Shown piece by piece: positions 12,638 to 25,800 of a DNA stretch of 64,000 bases. The translations under genes were made by a program, and so were the position numbers. Numbering within the stretch: position 1 is the first letter of the stretch; each line of letters opens with the position of its first letter. The DNA is taken from positions 1-64,000 of the forward strand of contig NIVC01002646.1 in NCBI GenBank assembly GCA_002269645.1, in the 5' to 3' direction. The notes below the pieces were generated by a model. It made no database searches, was not told the DNA's origin, and was given only the letters and a program-made list of their open reading frames with translations. This DNA comes from Macrostomum lignano (Eukaryota).

Positions 12638-12941
12638 AGTGCCATAGAAATGAAGACTTTTGCATAGGTGGATCTTTTAGCTGGTGAGCGGTTTTAGACT
12701 ACAATTCCCTCCTAAGCTCTGGATCCCAAGGGTGGATTATAGGTACCACCATTTTATGTCTTTCCTCCTAGATGGATTCGATGCGGAAGGGGATGTGGAA
12801 GTACAGGTCCCAGAGCTCTCTCGTCGTGCACATCTCACTGGGAGTTATCTAGAAGTATTCGGTTAAATTCGGCTCATACTCGGTGATCATCCACTCTGTT
12901 CCTCAGCTTCCATTACATGCCCTGCGACAGGCGCACTCACT

Positions 12942-13167
12942 ACACCTTTTCACGTTCAATTTTGAACAAAGTCCAGTTCTAAAAAAACTAGCGGAAATTC
13001 AATTCAGACAATTCAGACTGGGGACAATTTTGTCTATGGCTAAACCTCGCTTCCGTAGCAGAATGTTTTGAACTGGGGTTTGTTGCCCCAGTCTGAATTG
13101 TCTGAATTGAATTTCCGCTAGTTTTTTTAGAACTGGACTTTGTTCAAAATTGAACGTGAAAAGGTGT
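12942..13167. mobile_element. MITE / foldback element with 82-bp perfect terminal inverted repeats
   Basis: 12942-13023 is the reverse complement of 13086-13167. The flanking direct repeat ACTCACT (12935-12941 and 13168-13174) is a candidate TSD. Confidence 0.85.
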
Positions 13168-14159
13168 ACTCACTTCATACCACGACTGATAGAATTGCTG
13201 GCCCTAAACTTGGTGGAATAAGTGGAATAGGTTACGACAGAGTATTAGATGGTGAGCAATGGTGGCGAGGAGACCAGGCTAATGCGACCCAATGGGCAGC
13301 ACAACAGAGGAAAAATACCTTAACAGACGCGGCCGACGGGCAGGTGGTTGTCGGATGGTCGCGGCGGCTGCAGTCTCGGATCGGGGTGTGTGTTAGGACA
13401 ATTAGTGGATGCTAATTGGGAAGATCCTGAGGATCAGGAGCAATCAAGTATTGGGGCGCGAGAGAGTCGGTCCAACTCGAAATTTCACGTCGAAAGCATC
13501 TTCCTTTACTAAGTCGAAATTTTCCGATTGCAAAATTTCGATCTTGTGAAAGTGGCTGCTATGAACTTTCGATGTGAAATTTTGACCTTATGAAGTACCT
13601 TGCTAGAAGTTTCGAAGTTGTGAAATTTCGACCCTGTGAAAGCCAGAGAAAGTTGAGAAGAGTTTCCGATTCGGGTGCTGAGTTTCTGAGGGAAGGTTCG
13701 GTCTCGCGAGAAAACAGAACAACACAAGAGACCGAAGCCCAGAGAACAGCAAAACAAAGTAAAGGTAAATGATAAGGTAAAAGTTTCCGCTCACGGCTCA
13801 AAACAGGCTCCTATTTTTAGCCCTGATATCACGCGTCACGCGATAACGTTAGCGTGATGCGTGACATTGAAGGACAGGCTGTGGCCCGTCCTTGGACCTC
13901 CGTTACCAAACAACCCTAATGACGTCACCCGCCAGCCGCGCTGTGATTGGACGAGAAATTGAGGTGGGGCACAGTGGAGAGAAATGATTAATGGTGGGGG
14001 TATTACGTAACAGGCGGGGAAAAGCTTGGGGATAGAGGGGTCGTAATGCTGTCTAACTCGTGATTGATTTCGAACAACAGAAAGGAGTTAGGGGTTGGTG
14101 CGCGGGGTAGTGGCGTATATTCCTGTATACGCGCTTGTATACGGTGTAATTCTTTTATA

Positions 14160-17075
14160 AGATCAGTTTTCCAATATTGGATGATTTACAAAATTAAGCT
14201 TGTCGTTTCTAATCCTTCGATTGTAGCTTATCGACCGCAGACGCAGAAGCGAACTCAATCCTGACAGGGACGATCGCTGCGGCGGGTATAATATGTTTTT
14301 CGTGAGACCGATGAATTGAAACAATATGATAAATTTATACCAGCTTAGCAGTGATAGTCGATAAAAAATTAAATAAACTGATTGAAAGAATGACTTACGT
14401 TTGTGTCCAGAAGTTCCTGTATTTTTTGGCCAAGCTCTATGTGATTTTGTATGATCAACTTTGTTCCTGTGAATAAGCTGCACTAGCACATTGGTGTCCG
14501 TGCAAAACTCAACAATCATCAGCAGTTCCAACAAGTCTGCCGAGTCGGCTACTAAGGTTTCGTTAAACCACGCGTTCGAGTCTGTAAAATGACTATTGAC
14601 GTTCAGCTCTATGTTCAGACACTTGAACAGAACGTCGGAGTTCAGATAGTACCAATTTATAAGTACAAAAAGCTAACAGGAAAGTGTTTGGCCACGGCCT
14701 TAGGCAGAAATTTGAGTTCCAGAGGTGAGTCGTGTTCATGCGCGTGGTTTACTAGTTTAGTAAGTGGTTTAGTAGTTATAGTTTACTATAACTACTAAAC
14801 TTCCAAGCCGAGTCACTTTCTTGTATTTGCTGCCAGAAAAATTCAGGACAATGCTTTATTTCTTGCGAGTCACGCATTGGCTTGAACTGAATTCCTTTGC
14901 TCGAGGTCTTTGATTCCTCGAAGAATCAAGAGCTAGCCTGTCTATCGGCTTCGAGGTTGCCGAGCTTAAAATGCACCATGGCAACTAAGCACTGTCGGGC
15001 AGAGAAGGCACAATTCGGAATTCGTGAGGCGTCATTTAGGAATGACAGCAGCTTGTCACCAACACTGATCATCGCTGCACAATCTCAGCAATAGGCTGCG
15101 AATCGCGTCATACAGATCGTGGGACTGAAGGTTGCCCCAGTGGATTTCCAGTGCTATACTCGCCTTCATCACTGCATGACTGCATAAGGAACGGATAAAA
15201 ATGGAAGTTTGCATCTTTTGTGATTGGTTGCAGTTGAGCCTTGAACTTTTGAACAATGTTCAGGATATCTTCGATACTTCATGAAGAACAGTCGCAATGC
15301 GTTGCTTCCCACTGTTCCTTTTTTGAGATATATATCCAAGCATTTCACAGGGAAAAATGCCTCATTAGCTTATTCTCGTCGCTTGACTCACGGACTATAG
15401 CAATTGTAGAGCTTACACAATGCCAGCCTTGTCAGGTAAATCAAGTTTTGTGGCATCCAATCCTTAGATGGTGTTTCGTCCACCAGATAGAACACTATGC
15501 TCTTGGCGTGATAAGTTTTCAACCCTTTAACTTGCAGTGGAGAGATACTGGCTGTCGCACTCGCAAGTCCCATTGAAGTGAACTATGCGATTTCTGTCAA
15601 TAAAGGTGATGTCGATTTCAGAGTCCTGCTCTGTCCGGCCGTCCAGTCGCACCAGACTGCTTGACCAGCCCTCGGGAAGCTGCCAACGAAGTGATTGTCG
15701 TGCTCTGCGAACTCGCCGAAGTTTGCAGCCGTCGCCTCACTATGGACTGTGTGACTTCGGCGAGTGCGCTTTGCATTCTGGCTCTTTCTTGTTGGGTGAA
15801 GCCGGCTGAGTTTAATGCCGAGTGCAGATCACTGCTCAATGCGGCTTCATCGGTTGTGTCAATATGGTCTCTGATTCAATGGAAAGAGCACGGTACTGTA
15901 TGTAATGGTGTACATTCAAAACTCTTTTACAAAAAATGATTCGGAATCGACCGAGTATCTATATCAGATTGCTCACTAAGCATCTCTCGCAATCGATCAA
16001 CAGAAGGACTGTTTGCGCAATCTGGAAGCTGATTGACATTTGGGTCGAGTCACATCAGTTGAATCAGAGCAAAAATCATATATACACAAGATGGGCCACT
16101 CATTAACCGCTTATGAGGCCATAAAAGCTATTGTAAAAAAATTGTGTTTCGCGACAGCGCGAAAATCAACTACTAAACTCAATTTCGTCAGTAGTGTCTG
16201 CAGTAAATTCATCATTCTTAGTTCAATTGAGTAGCTGTTTATCGAAAAAATGAGAATATAAGATCTACGAGCTATGAATCAAAGTACCGCACTGACCATG
16301 CATACCATTGCAGCAGGCGTTAAAAGCCAGCAGAATTTTTTACAACCGGGTCGCATTCTTCGCTAATCAGTGGTCGATGACAGCAGCTCTGCCCGCGCAC
16401 GCAGCCGGGTGAAGCGCGCGCTGACTCTAGCTATGCATGACGGAGCTGTGCTTTCGGGTCGGTGCCAGCTAGCGTGAATTAGCTCAGCTATACAGACTGA
16501 CGCGCCGCTGTAGGCAGCTGCATGAGGAGGCGTCGTCCCTCGATTATCTTGGAAATTCGGATCCGCCATTGCCATTCGAAAGCATGGCCTGGAGTAATCT
16601 GACGTCTCCACTCTGAGCCACCAGGTGCATTTGTGATGAAATCTTTTCTTTGAAGGTTGCTGTCTGCCCCAGATAAGATCATTAGTCTAAGAGACTTTGA
16701 GAGCCTTCTCAAATCCATTCTCAGCTGCGATGTGCAAGGCAGTAGCTCCAAAAGATCATTTGATATTTGTATCGGCGCCGGTTTTAGTCAGCCATCTCTA
16801 CTACAATAACTGAATGGTCATGCCAAGAGGCCAGATACAAGGGGAGTTTGTCCATCATCAGCCTGAGAATCCACACGCGCCATCCATTTGATAAGCAGTC
16901 TAACGGCCTTCCTGACCACGCTCTGAAACGAAGTGAATCGCCGTGCGACCAAATGAATCCTTGGAATCAGGATCGGCGCCCAATTGAAGAAGCTCCTCTA
17001 TTTTTTGCACCTTTCCATCAGTGGCTGCATTTCTGAGCAGTAAATCTTCGTTAGTAAATTTATTTATATCCATAG
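14160..17075 (-). pseudogene. Ankyrin-repeat + Mab-21/cGAS-like nucleotidyltransferase pseudogene
   Basis: N-terminal ankyrins: GADPDSKDSFGRTAIH, DDGQTPLYLA, GATALHIAA, ADPNFQDNRGTTPPHAAA. After frameshift repair the NTase motif reads FVGSF.EGWSSSLVRLDGRTEQDSEIDITF (~15690-15600). Mab-21 C-terminal motif: LKTYHAKSIVFYLVDETPSKDWMPQNLIYLTRLALCKLYNC..LMRHF. Many frameshifts and stops, and the middle of the NTase lobe is deleted. Confidence 0.75.
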
Positions 17076-17157
17076 CGCAAATTAATTTCAATCTACACAG
17101 AGCACCAGCACGAAGATAAGTTTACATGAACGTGGTGCAGCGAAATACTAAACAGCG

Positions 17158-17760
17158 ACTGTTAACCAATTTTATTTTTGCAATTTACCATCTGAAATCT
17201 GCGTTTATATAAAAAATCAGCTTCACAGACCTTACTGTTGCTTTAGTGCAGGTCTCCAATCTTGCCTAGCGTGATGTTGAAACGTCAGTAACTGTACGAT
17301 GTCGCATACAGGCTAAATAAATCTACCCCTAGAACTACGAAATACCCAACAACAACTGATAACCAATTTTATTTTTGCAATTTACCATCTGAAATCTGCG
17401 TTTATATAAAAAATCAGCTTCACAGACCTTACTGTTGCTTCAGTGCAGCGTCTTAAATCTTGCATAGCGTGATGAAATCTGCGTTTATATAAAAAATCAG
17501 CTTCACAGACCTTACTGTTGCTTCAGTGCAGGTCTCCAATCTTGCCTAGCGTGATGTTGAAACGTCAGTAACTGTACGATGTCGCATACAGGCTAAATAA
17601 ATCTACCCCTAGAACTACGAAATACTGATAACCAATTTTATTTTTGCAATTTACCATCTGAAATCTGCGTTTATATAAAAAATCAGCTTCACAGACCTTA
17701 CTGTTGCTTCAGTGCAGGTCTTAAATCTTGCATAGCGTGATGTTGAAACGTCAGAAATGT
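17158..17760. repeat. Local tandem duplications of a ~190-230 bp unit (about 4 full or partial copies)
   Basis: AACCAATTTTATTTTTGCAATTTACCATCTGAAATCTGCGTTTATATAAAAAATCAGCTTCACAGACC recurs at about 17163, 17360 and 17630, with a partial copy near 17475. Confidence 0.9.
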
Positions 17761-17829
17761 ACGATTTCGTAACTAAGGGTTTGTAACTTTGAATTTGTAA
17801 AATAACCAGCTTATACTCGTCGGTAATTA

Positions 17830-19160
17830 TAGAACAACAGCGCCAGCAGGCGAATAATCAATTGTCTGGCCCATTGATCGACAATGTCGGGCGCCCCAAC
17901 GTTGCTCAGGATGCAGTCCACGTATCTCCGTGTCCTCGGTCGCTTGAGCCCGCCTGAACTGTTCTAGCAAAGTGAGCGGCAGGATGCCCTGGACAGGCTA
18001 GGGCAATCGCCCGGATCACGTAGCGCCTGTCAGTTGGAGTCGCCGTCTCGCTGCAGGATGGTACATCCTTGGACAGGACGCTTTTGTCAGCCTGAACGCA
18101 TGGAGCAGCCCCGCGGGCCGAGTGATCCAATTGTTTATTTAGCTGTTGCTCCAGCGTGGCCGTTAACATCGGGACGCTAGAATTCGTGCGACTGGATTTC
18201 GCGCGATCTGGCATTCGAGCGACTGCATTTGCGCGACTGGAAATCGAACGACCTGGAATTAAAGGGCGCGGCTTCTTTCTAGCGACTGGATTTCACACGA
18301 CTGGATTTAAATCCAGTCGATCTAAATCCGGTTGCGCGAAATTCAGTCGCGCGAAATCTAGTCGCTTGAAGTACATGTACGTCGCGAGAAATGATGCAGT
18401 CGAATTCAATTTCAAGTCGCCTAAAATCATCCGATTCGCGCAAAATCCTGGTGCGCAGAAGACAATTAGCGCAAAATCCAGTAGCGCGAATTCTAGCATC
18501 CCTTGAACATCCACGTCTCTGCAGCGTTGTCGAGCAACACGGTCTCAACAGCCGAGCCCTCTGACGATCGGGCAGCGCTTTGGACTGAAGGATGGCGCGA
18601 ATCGACCGGTAGGCCGTCCAGGCAAGTCCTCTCGATCTAGATCTGCGTCGCCGAATTTTGTCCTCAACGTTGGGCATCAGACCGTTGAGGTGAACCGCTG
18701 ACAGCGCGCGAGGTTGGTCGTCTGCCCGTCTGCGCCGCGGCATTACGCTGTGGTGACGGCAGACGGCTTGTCTGACCTGTTTGAAACTTCGTTTAGGAGT
18801 GCTACACAGAGCGACACATTCTAGCGCCGTTCCTCTTCGTGCTGCTCCTGGCATGGATTGTGCAGCTTCGGAACGGACCCCCTTCAGCAGGCGACGGCGC
18901 TTCCTGCTGCGCAGACACATCGGTCGCCGCCACAACGAGAAGCGCCTGAGCGGTTCTGGGCTACGCCGACGACCTCACACTCCTGTCCTCAACTGTTGAT
19001 GGCGCACAGCGCTAGATTAAGGTTGGTCGAGGTGGCATCAAAGCGTCGGCCTATTTGTCGACACGCTGAAAGACCGAGGCGCTGGCATGACCAGCGAGCC
19101 GATATCCCAGCGGAGCTGACATATCACCATACAGCGATATGATGGCGTCAACTAGCTGCT
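17830..19160 (-). mobile_element. 5'-truncated RTE LINE with inverted 5' segment, interrupted by a MITE
   Basis: Plus strand 18740-19160 encodes RT core (VTADGLSDLFETS..PFLFVLL..LGYADDLTLLS). Minus strand 18735-17830 encodes the region immediately downstream (GLAWTAYRSIRAIL..ETW|MLTATLEQQL). Confidence 0.8.
18171..18502. mobile_element. MITE with GGG-ended TIRs and subterminal repeats (MULE-like)
   Basis: Ends GGGACGCTAGAATTCG and CGAATTCTAGCATCCC, with internal CGCGACTGGATT repeats in both orientations. Imperfect 9-bp flanks GTTAACATC / TTGAACATC. It is inserted in RTE coding sequence. Confidence 0.75.
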
Positions 19161-22100
19161 GGGGACTCGACAGGTTCGTAGTAGGACAAAAGAAAGTGTT
19201 ACTCTTAGCACTGAATCAAATGCCATAATAATTAAAAACCCTAAAAAATGCCGAGTAAAGGCCGAGACCTTTCACAGAGTCGTGAAAGGTCTTGGCCCCT
19301 CGGAGTTGTAACTCCTTTAATTTCCTATTTTTCCGAGGTTCATGCTGGCGCGTACAGACTGAATTCATATGCAATTGCTTCCAGCTTGTACTTTGTTTCA
19401 TTTTACGAAATTGTACCTTTAAATGCATAATCACATGCAAGGGCCCGAGTCACCACGCGGGACAGGGGCTGACATCGGGACAACTGTGCAATGTCCCCCC
19501 CCCCTGGTCTGAGTGAAAGCTATGAAAAAGCGAACAAAATGAGTGTCTGTTTGGCAATAAAATTGAGTGTTAAAAACACCGATATAAAAAATAATGTAGG
19601 AATTTCATCACTTAGAATTCTTGACTTTGTCCCGATCCCCCACCATAAAATCCATAGCGACGCGCTCACGCCCCTGATCACATGCAAGTTAAGAATTACA
19701 TCTAATTGTGCAACATATTTACACATGTTTAATATTTGATCAATTAGATTTGTAAGGTCTATAGAGAAATCACAATTCATCAATTCAAGGTGCACTGTTG
19801 GATTAATTTACGTATTGACTGTATTAAGTTATTGATAGAATTTTTACGACAATTACATGCATTCTTCTGGAGAAGTAACATCATAATCTTATAAATTACA
19901 TGTATCCTATCTTATATTTTTATCTCAATATTTTTATTTCATATGTAATATTCAAAACCCATGTTTTATAAGGACCTTTAACTTTTACGAATTTTTTAGC
20001 GTCAATTGAAACCATTATTTGAATTGCTATTAGTTAATTTATTAATTTACCACAATATTTTTGAGTTCAAAGTAATTGTAGTTAACTTAATTGTAGTTAA
20101 CTACTGTCTTTATCGAGTGTAAAAAGAACGAAACATTTTTTATAAATGTCTACTAGTTTCTTTGCTTATTCATTCTACATATTAATTTTTAATTTTTATC
20201 ATATTTAGAAGAGTTCTTACTTCATATTGTTATCGTCACATTATCACATACAACGATAATGATAGATCGAGCTGACTCCGAGATCGAACCGTGGTTTTTT
20301 GAATATTCGTCTCCATAATAGTACTTGTTTCTACCAAAAAATATAAATAAAACGAGAAAACGTTTGAATAATATTGTATTTTATTCATTTTTTAAAATAT
20401 TAATGTCAACTTTAAACTTAAAGCAGTAAACATTTGTTTTAATATGTATTGTAACATATTCCGTTACGGCGGGATTTTAAAGTACGATTTGGGAACTGGA
20501 ACTGAAAAACCGGTCATTTCCAAAATACTAGGTATTTTATATACAATACTCGTACTTAGCCTTATAATATTATTAAATGCACCGAACTATACAGGCCAAA
20601 CAGGCTTTTTGCCTGAGCTATACTTACTACTACGTTGGTTTAAACCAAACACTCTAACACAAAATTTATATTAGCTAGGCCTAGCTCAGTTCAGGTGTAG
20701 ATACTTTACAAATTCGCAACAACAGGCCAAGCAAAAATCGAAAAATGCCAAATGGTGACGCTTTATATAAAAAATATTATATTATAGACATTTATAGACA
20801 AAGGCTGAATTTGTGCCCCCTTGTTGCCACCATTGTTCATACTCTAGGCCTACCCTTTGTGACTATTGTTCTTATATATAATGTTGCATTTGCATATGCT
20901 ATGCTATAAAAGGCTGAACTTCATATCAGAAGTATGCTGAACTCTGAAATTTTGTATGAAATGTCTTCTGTTCACTTTATTTGCTGAGAACATCTAAGTT
21001 TTTGAAACCAACTTGATTTTAAATTGTGCCAATTTAATTTGATTGCTATCTACTTACTAACACTAACTAAACTACATTAGCATTAGGGGCAGGGCCTATC
21101 TATATTATTAATATTAGCCGCAAGCAAGAATATTTATTTATTAATAAATAAAAATATTTTATTTTTACACCTAGTCTAATTTTGTAAATAGTATAAAATA
21201 TTAGGCCTAGGCATAAACCTAGCCTATCTATATTATAAGCCATAAATTAAGATTTAGAATTAAGTTATGTCTATTTTATAATGTACTAAACCAAACCAAC
21301 TAGTCTAAATCTAATTCAAAGTCCATATACTAAAAATGGTAATGCTTAAAGTTCTAAACTGCAATCTTCAAGTTTAAACAATTGATATTGTTAGCATTTT
21401 AATCTATTATCAAGATGCCCATTCCTAAATCTAGGCTCTACCTTATAATAGATTTATAAATGTGGTCACAACATAAATGATTGAATCTAAAAAGTATATA
21501 TATATATTTATATTTTGGCAATCTTTTGGTTTCCTACATTAAATTATTGACTTGTAATATTGCCTAAGAGATGGTATTTTGCAAGCCAGCGCATTGTGGC
21601 AAGACTAGTAGGTATGGCCTATACTAATTCCTAATAGTTAAGCTAGATGTTGCAGAGTTCAATGCTAGACCTTATTTCCATAGGAGTTATAATTGTAGTT
21701 AGTGCTGGTGATCTAGCCATATTAGTAATGCTAGAATATGTAATGCAAATTAATTATGTGGATAAGATAGGGGTAGAGAAAAAGAAAATTTCTTTAGTGG
21801 TTGTCAATTGTTGAGTCTAAAGATAGGGTGGCTTAAACTTGAATTTTACTAGCATTAAGTTTATACAAATAATTCTAAAAAATTCATGCAAATGAATCCT
21901 AACAAAATGTCTCCTATTTTATACTGGCTACTGATGTTCTTAACTCTAAGGGAAGGTTAGTCATTGTCATAGTTGAGTGGTCTTTGTTAGGCACAATTGT
22001 TCAAATTGAGTCTTTAGACATTGAAATTCAATATATATAGAAATGCTTAGCTGATTACTTGCAGTAGATTAGTGCTGCCACCACAATAATTTGCATATTA

Positions 22101-22807
22101 CAGAACATTGAAGTCTTAGAGCTTTCTTTGAAATGAGAACTTTATGTTGTTTTGTGGGCGAATAACTCAAGATAATGCTATAGGCTTTGATTAAGTAATG
22201 AAGAATAAATACTTGTTTAATAGTTATTATTGCTATTATTAATTAATAAATTAAATAGCAGGTGGTTGTTACTAAAATAAAATTTAATGACAAAAGATAG
22301 ATGCCATAAGTGCCATGATGCTAAGCTATGTACTTCAAAGAAAGTTAAAACTAGTCAGTTAATGGTCATAAAGAAAATAACAAGAAAATATATTATTAAA
22401 ACAGTCAAAGTTGAAAAAAGCAAAATGCATAATACATAAAATATATAGTAAGCTACAAACATGCTAATGCATAGGGTAGCATTTAGACAAAATAGGACGG
22501 GGAAAGGATACAAGGGATAGACTAACAGAAAAAGCAGAGGACTGAAGGGAAAAAAGCAAAAAAAAACCAACAGGGCACAGACACAAGACACAAGAAGACC
22601 AGGGACTAAGAACCAAAAACCACAACCAGGACTAGAAAAATAATGCAAAATAGCCTAGGGGGTAGAAAATTTGTTCCGGTGCTAGTTATAAAAAATGCAA
22701 AGTTGTTTCATTTAACTTTTAATGTCTTTTAAAAATAAGTGGCAATCACCTACCTCATACATAGGGGGTGCTATGTAGTATCAGGGCAAAAAAGCAGTCA
22801 GCTGCTG

Positions 22808-25800
22808 CACTGTAAACTCCAAGGGTCCTAAAAAGGTCCAATAAGGGTCCATATATTAGGGTCCGCAGCGTCACAATATATAGACCCTAAAGGTCCGAAT
22901 GTAATCGAGGGTCCAAATATAAGGGTCCAAAAAAGGTCCAACAAGGGTCTTTATGTTAGGGTCCGCAGTGTTGCAATATATGGACCCTGAAGGTCCAAAA
23001 AAGGTCCAATAGGGGTCCATATGTTGCTATATATACTGCAGTATAGCAATTAACCTCTATGTTCATATCGCTCTAGAAAAAAATAACAAACAATAAAATT
23101 GTCGATTTAAAAGTCTTAAATTTTTTGCCAGACTAGCCAGAGTTTTGACTAACATTTAACTAGTACAATGCCTTGCTGTCTCTTAATTATATAAAATGTT
23201 CCCTATACAATAATTATCGTATACCAAGTATTTTCGTAATAAATTTAGTAGAATAAAGAATAATTTCAGTACTAAAATATTAGAAGAAAACCTAAGTTAC
23301 AATAATAATTATATATTACAACCATATTAAAAATGACATTAATAGTGACATCAGTGGTCTTGCACCCAGTGGTACTAAAAATTTTCCGGCTTCAGATTTT
23401 TTTGGGCCATTGATTTTTTTGGGCATATACTTGACAAATAATTTGTAAATAGAATAGACATAAATAGACAAATAAACCATGGCAAAGTCCCACTAGATGC
23501 CACCTAGCATTTTTTCAATGAAAAGCAACATTATATTAAATCAAAGGTGGTTGACAATGTTATAAAGTTTTAAGGTGATTCTGATCATTCTGCCTACAAA
23601 TCAGTAATTATAAGAGATCATTACAACTCTGTAACTTAATATAAAACTAATAGCTATAGCACATTAAGGTTGGACATGCCAGGACCAGGAGCAAAAGCTT
23701 CTGTTATTTAAAGGTATTTTGGGAGTTCAACCAGTTCACTAAATGAAAATGCTTGGCAGACACTAAATCCAGATTTAAGTACAAAACAATGATTAAAAAC
23801 CAACAATTGATGATGAGCAGAGACTGGCAAGATACAGAGTAAAATAAAAACCTTATGTAATGAAATTAGAGAAACTTCATAGATTGATAAGCAACCTCCC
23901 CTAACCCTCAACCCCTTACATACTCAGCAAAATTAGAAAGTTGCCACCAACTCTAGCAAGTCAACTAATTTTGAGACAAATTTGCTGCATTTTAAAGGGT
24001 GGTGACTTTTTTATGTTGCTGATACAAAATCTATGCAAAGCAAAAGACAAAAGAGCTAAAACTGAGTGAAATTGACATAGTGACATTAAAGAAGAAAATA
24101 AGGAAAAAATTAATAAATATCAAGTTAAAGCACACACTATAAAACAGTCATTATGTTCCACTTATCTATACCTAAGCTCTATATATTTATCTATATTATA
24201 TATTTTCTGTTTATCTATCTATCAACTAATGCGTGTATCTGTCTGTCTATTTATGTGTGTATCTATTTATGTGCAAAACCTATTAATCAATTTATATATC
24301 ACTGGAACATAATGACTGTTTAATTGTGAAATGTATAGAATGTAGTAAATTTAGAACTAACAAAATACAGCAATCAATGACTGAGCAGGTGCGCGGGATA
24401 CGGCATCACATTGTCTGAGCTTAGATAGTACCTCCAGAGTTTCAAGGAAAGCTTCTAGGTAGGGCACATGCTGCAGGTTAAATGACACTGAACAGATTGC
24501 GATTGCAACAACCATATCCTTGACACAATTGCAACAAAGTACAGCACCATTTACCAAAATGCCGCGCCAACTACTATCCTCCCTCAAAATGTAAATAGGC
24601 AACTCAGCATCAACATTTTTTGGGGTCAATTCTCACTTGACCGAGTAGCAGGCAAAGGCTGTTCATCAGAATAGTATCATCGTCATCACAATCATTATTG
24701 ACATACAGCTTGCAGTACATGTATTGCTTCATCGTATCTCGCTTTTGCCACATATTCCAAAGTGCACCACAAACATTCCGTTCAATATCCTCTGGTGTTT
24801 GAGGAAGAACATAATCTGCTTTCCGCCTGGAGTTGTAAAGTTCTATCATAAGAAAGGCCTCTTGCAGAAGCATAAGTGGCACTGATAGTGGCTTGTACAA
24901 CTCCAACTCCTCTTCAACAGTTTTATCTTGGCAACACAAGATTCGTTCACTAAAGAGACACTTCATGTTGGATAGCACATCTTTGATTTCCATTATGAGA
25001 TAGTTCTCATTTAGTCTAATCCAGTTGCTTTCGTGACTTTCAGGAATGTATTCCTGCACATCTCCAAAAATCACGCTTTTGGCAATCATGCTTGTTGACA
25101 TAGTAGTACTCTCGGCATTTGCACAATCAACCTTCTGGCGCTTTGCCTGTACTACTACATCTTTGTTGTTTTCATCTTCGTCATCTTCAAAGGCAGCAAC
25201 ATGGCGCTTGCTACCAGTTAGCCAACGTTTTTTTCATCATTTTTTTCTTCAGCTAAAGAGTCCAAAATGCTAGATTTTTTTGCATTAGTCGGACGCTTTT
25301 TGCGACCAAATTTTTGGTGCATCGTTTGTACTATTGGACTGTCACATTCGCTTAGAATCTTCCAATGGATTTCCTTAAATCGTCGGCAAATTTTCTGCCG
25401 CCAAAAAAATTCTATCAGTCAACCCATCTTGCAGTCCTGGGTATGTAGAGATGATGGCAATGCAAATGTCATGGAGCTCTTTACTATAAAGGTAGGGATC
25501 TTGTTTGCTTTTGAAGTTGGTAAATAAATCGTTGATAATATAGGCCAAAAACCTGTGTACAAAATTTGCTTTCAACATAAGCCTAACCTAGGATCGCACT
25601 CTAATTTCTTGAGGGCAGATTCCAAATCAGCCATTTTTGGAAGCAAGTAAATGGTTGGCCATGGTCTTAAATTGGCATCAATAGGCGATCCTGCTATACC
25701 TGACATTGCTACTCTGTTATGCATTGCCACTCTGCTGGACATCGCCACGTTAGGCGTTGCCATTCCGCCAGACATTGCTGCTCCAGAAGGCGTTGCTGCT

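Noticed and set aside
12640-13500. Short ORFs around the MITE as a host gene
   Set aside because: No recognisable domain or consistent splice structure.
20270-20340. GGTTCGATC T-loop-like motif as a tRNA or SINE
   Set aside because: No A box or cloverleaf.
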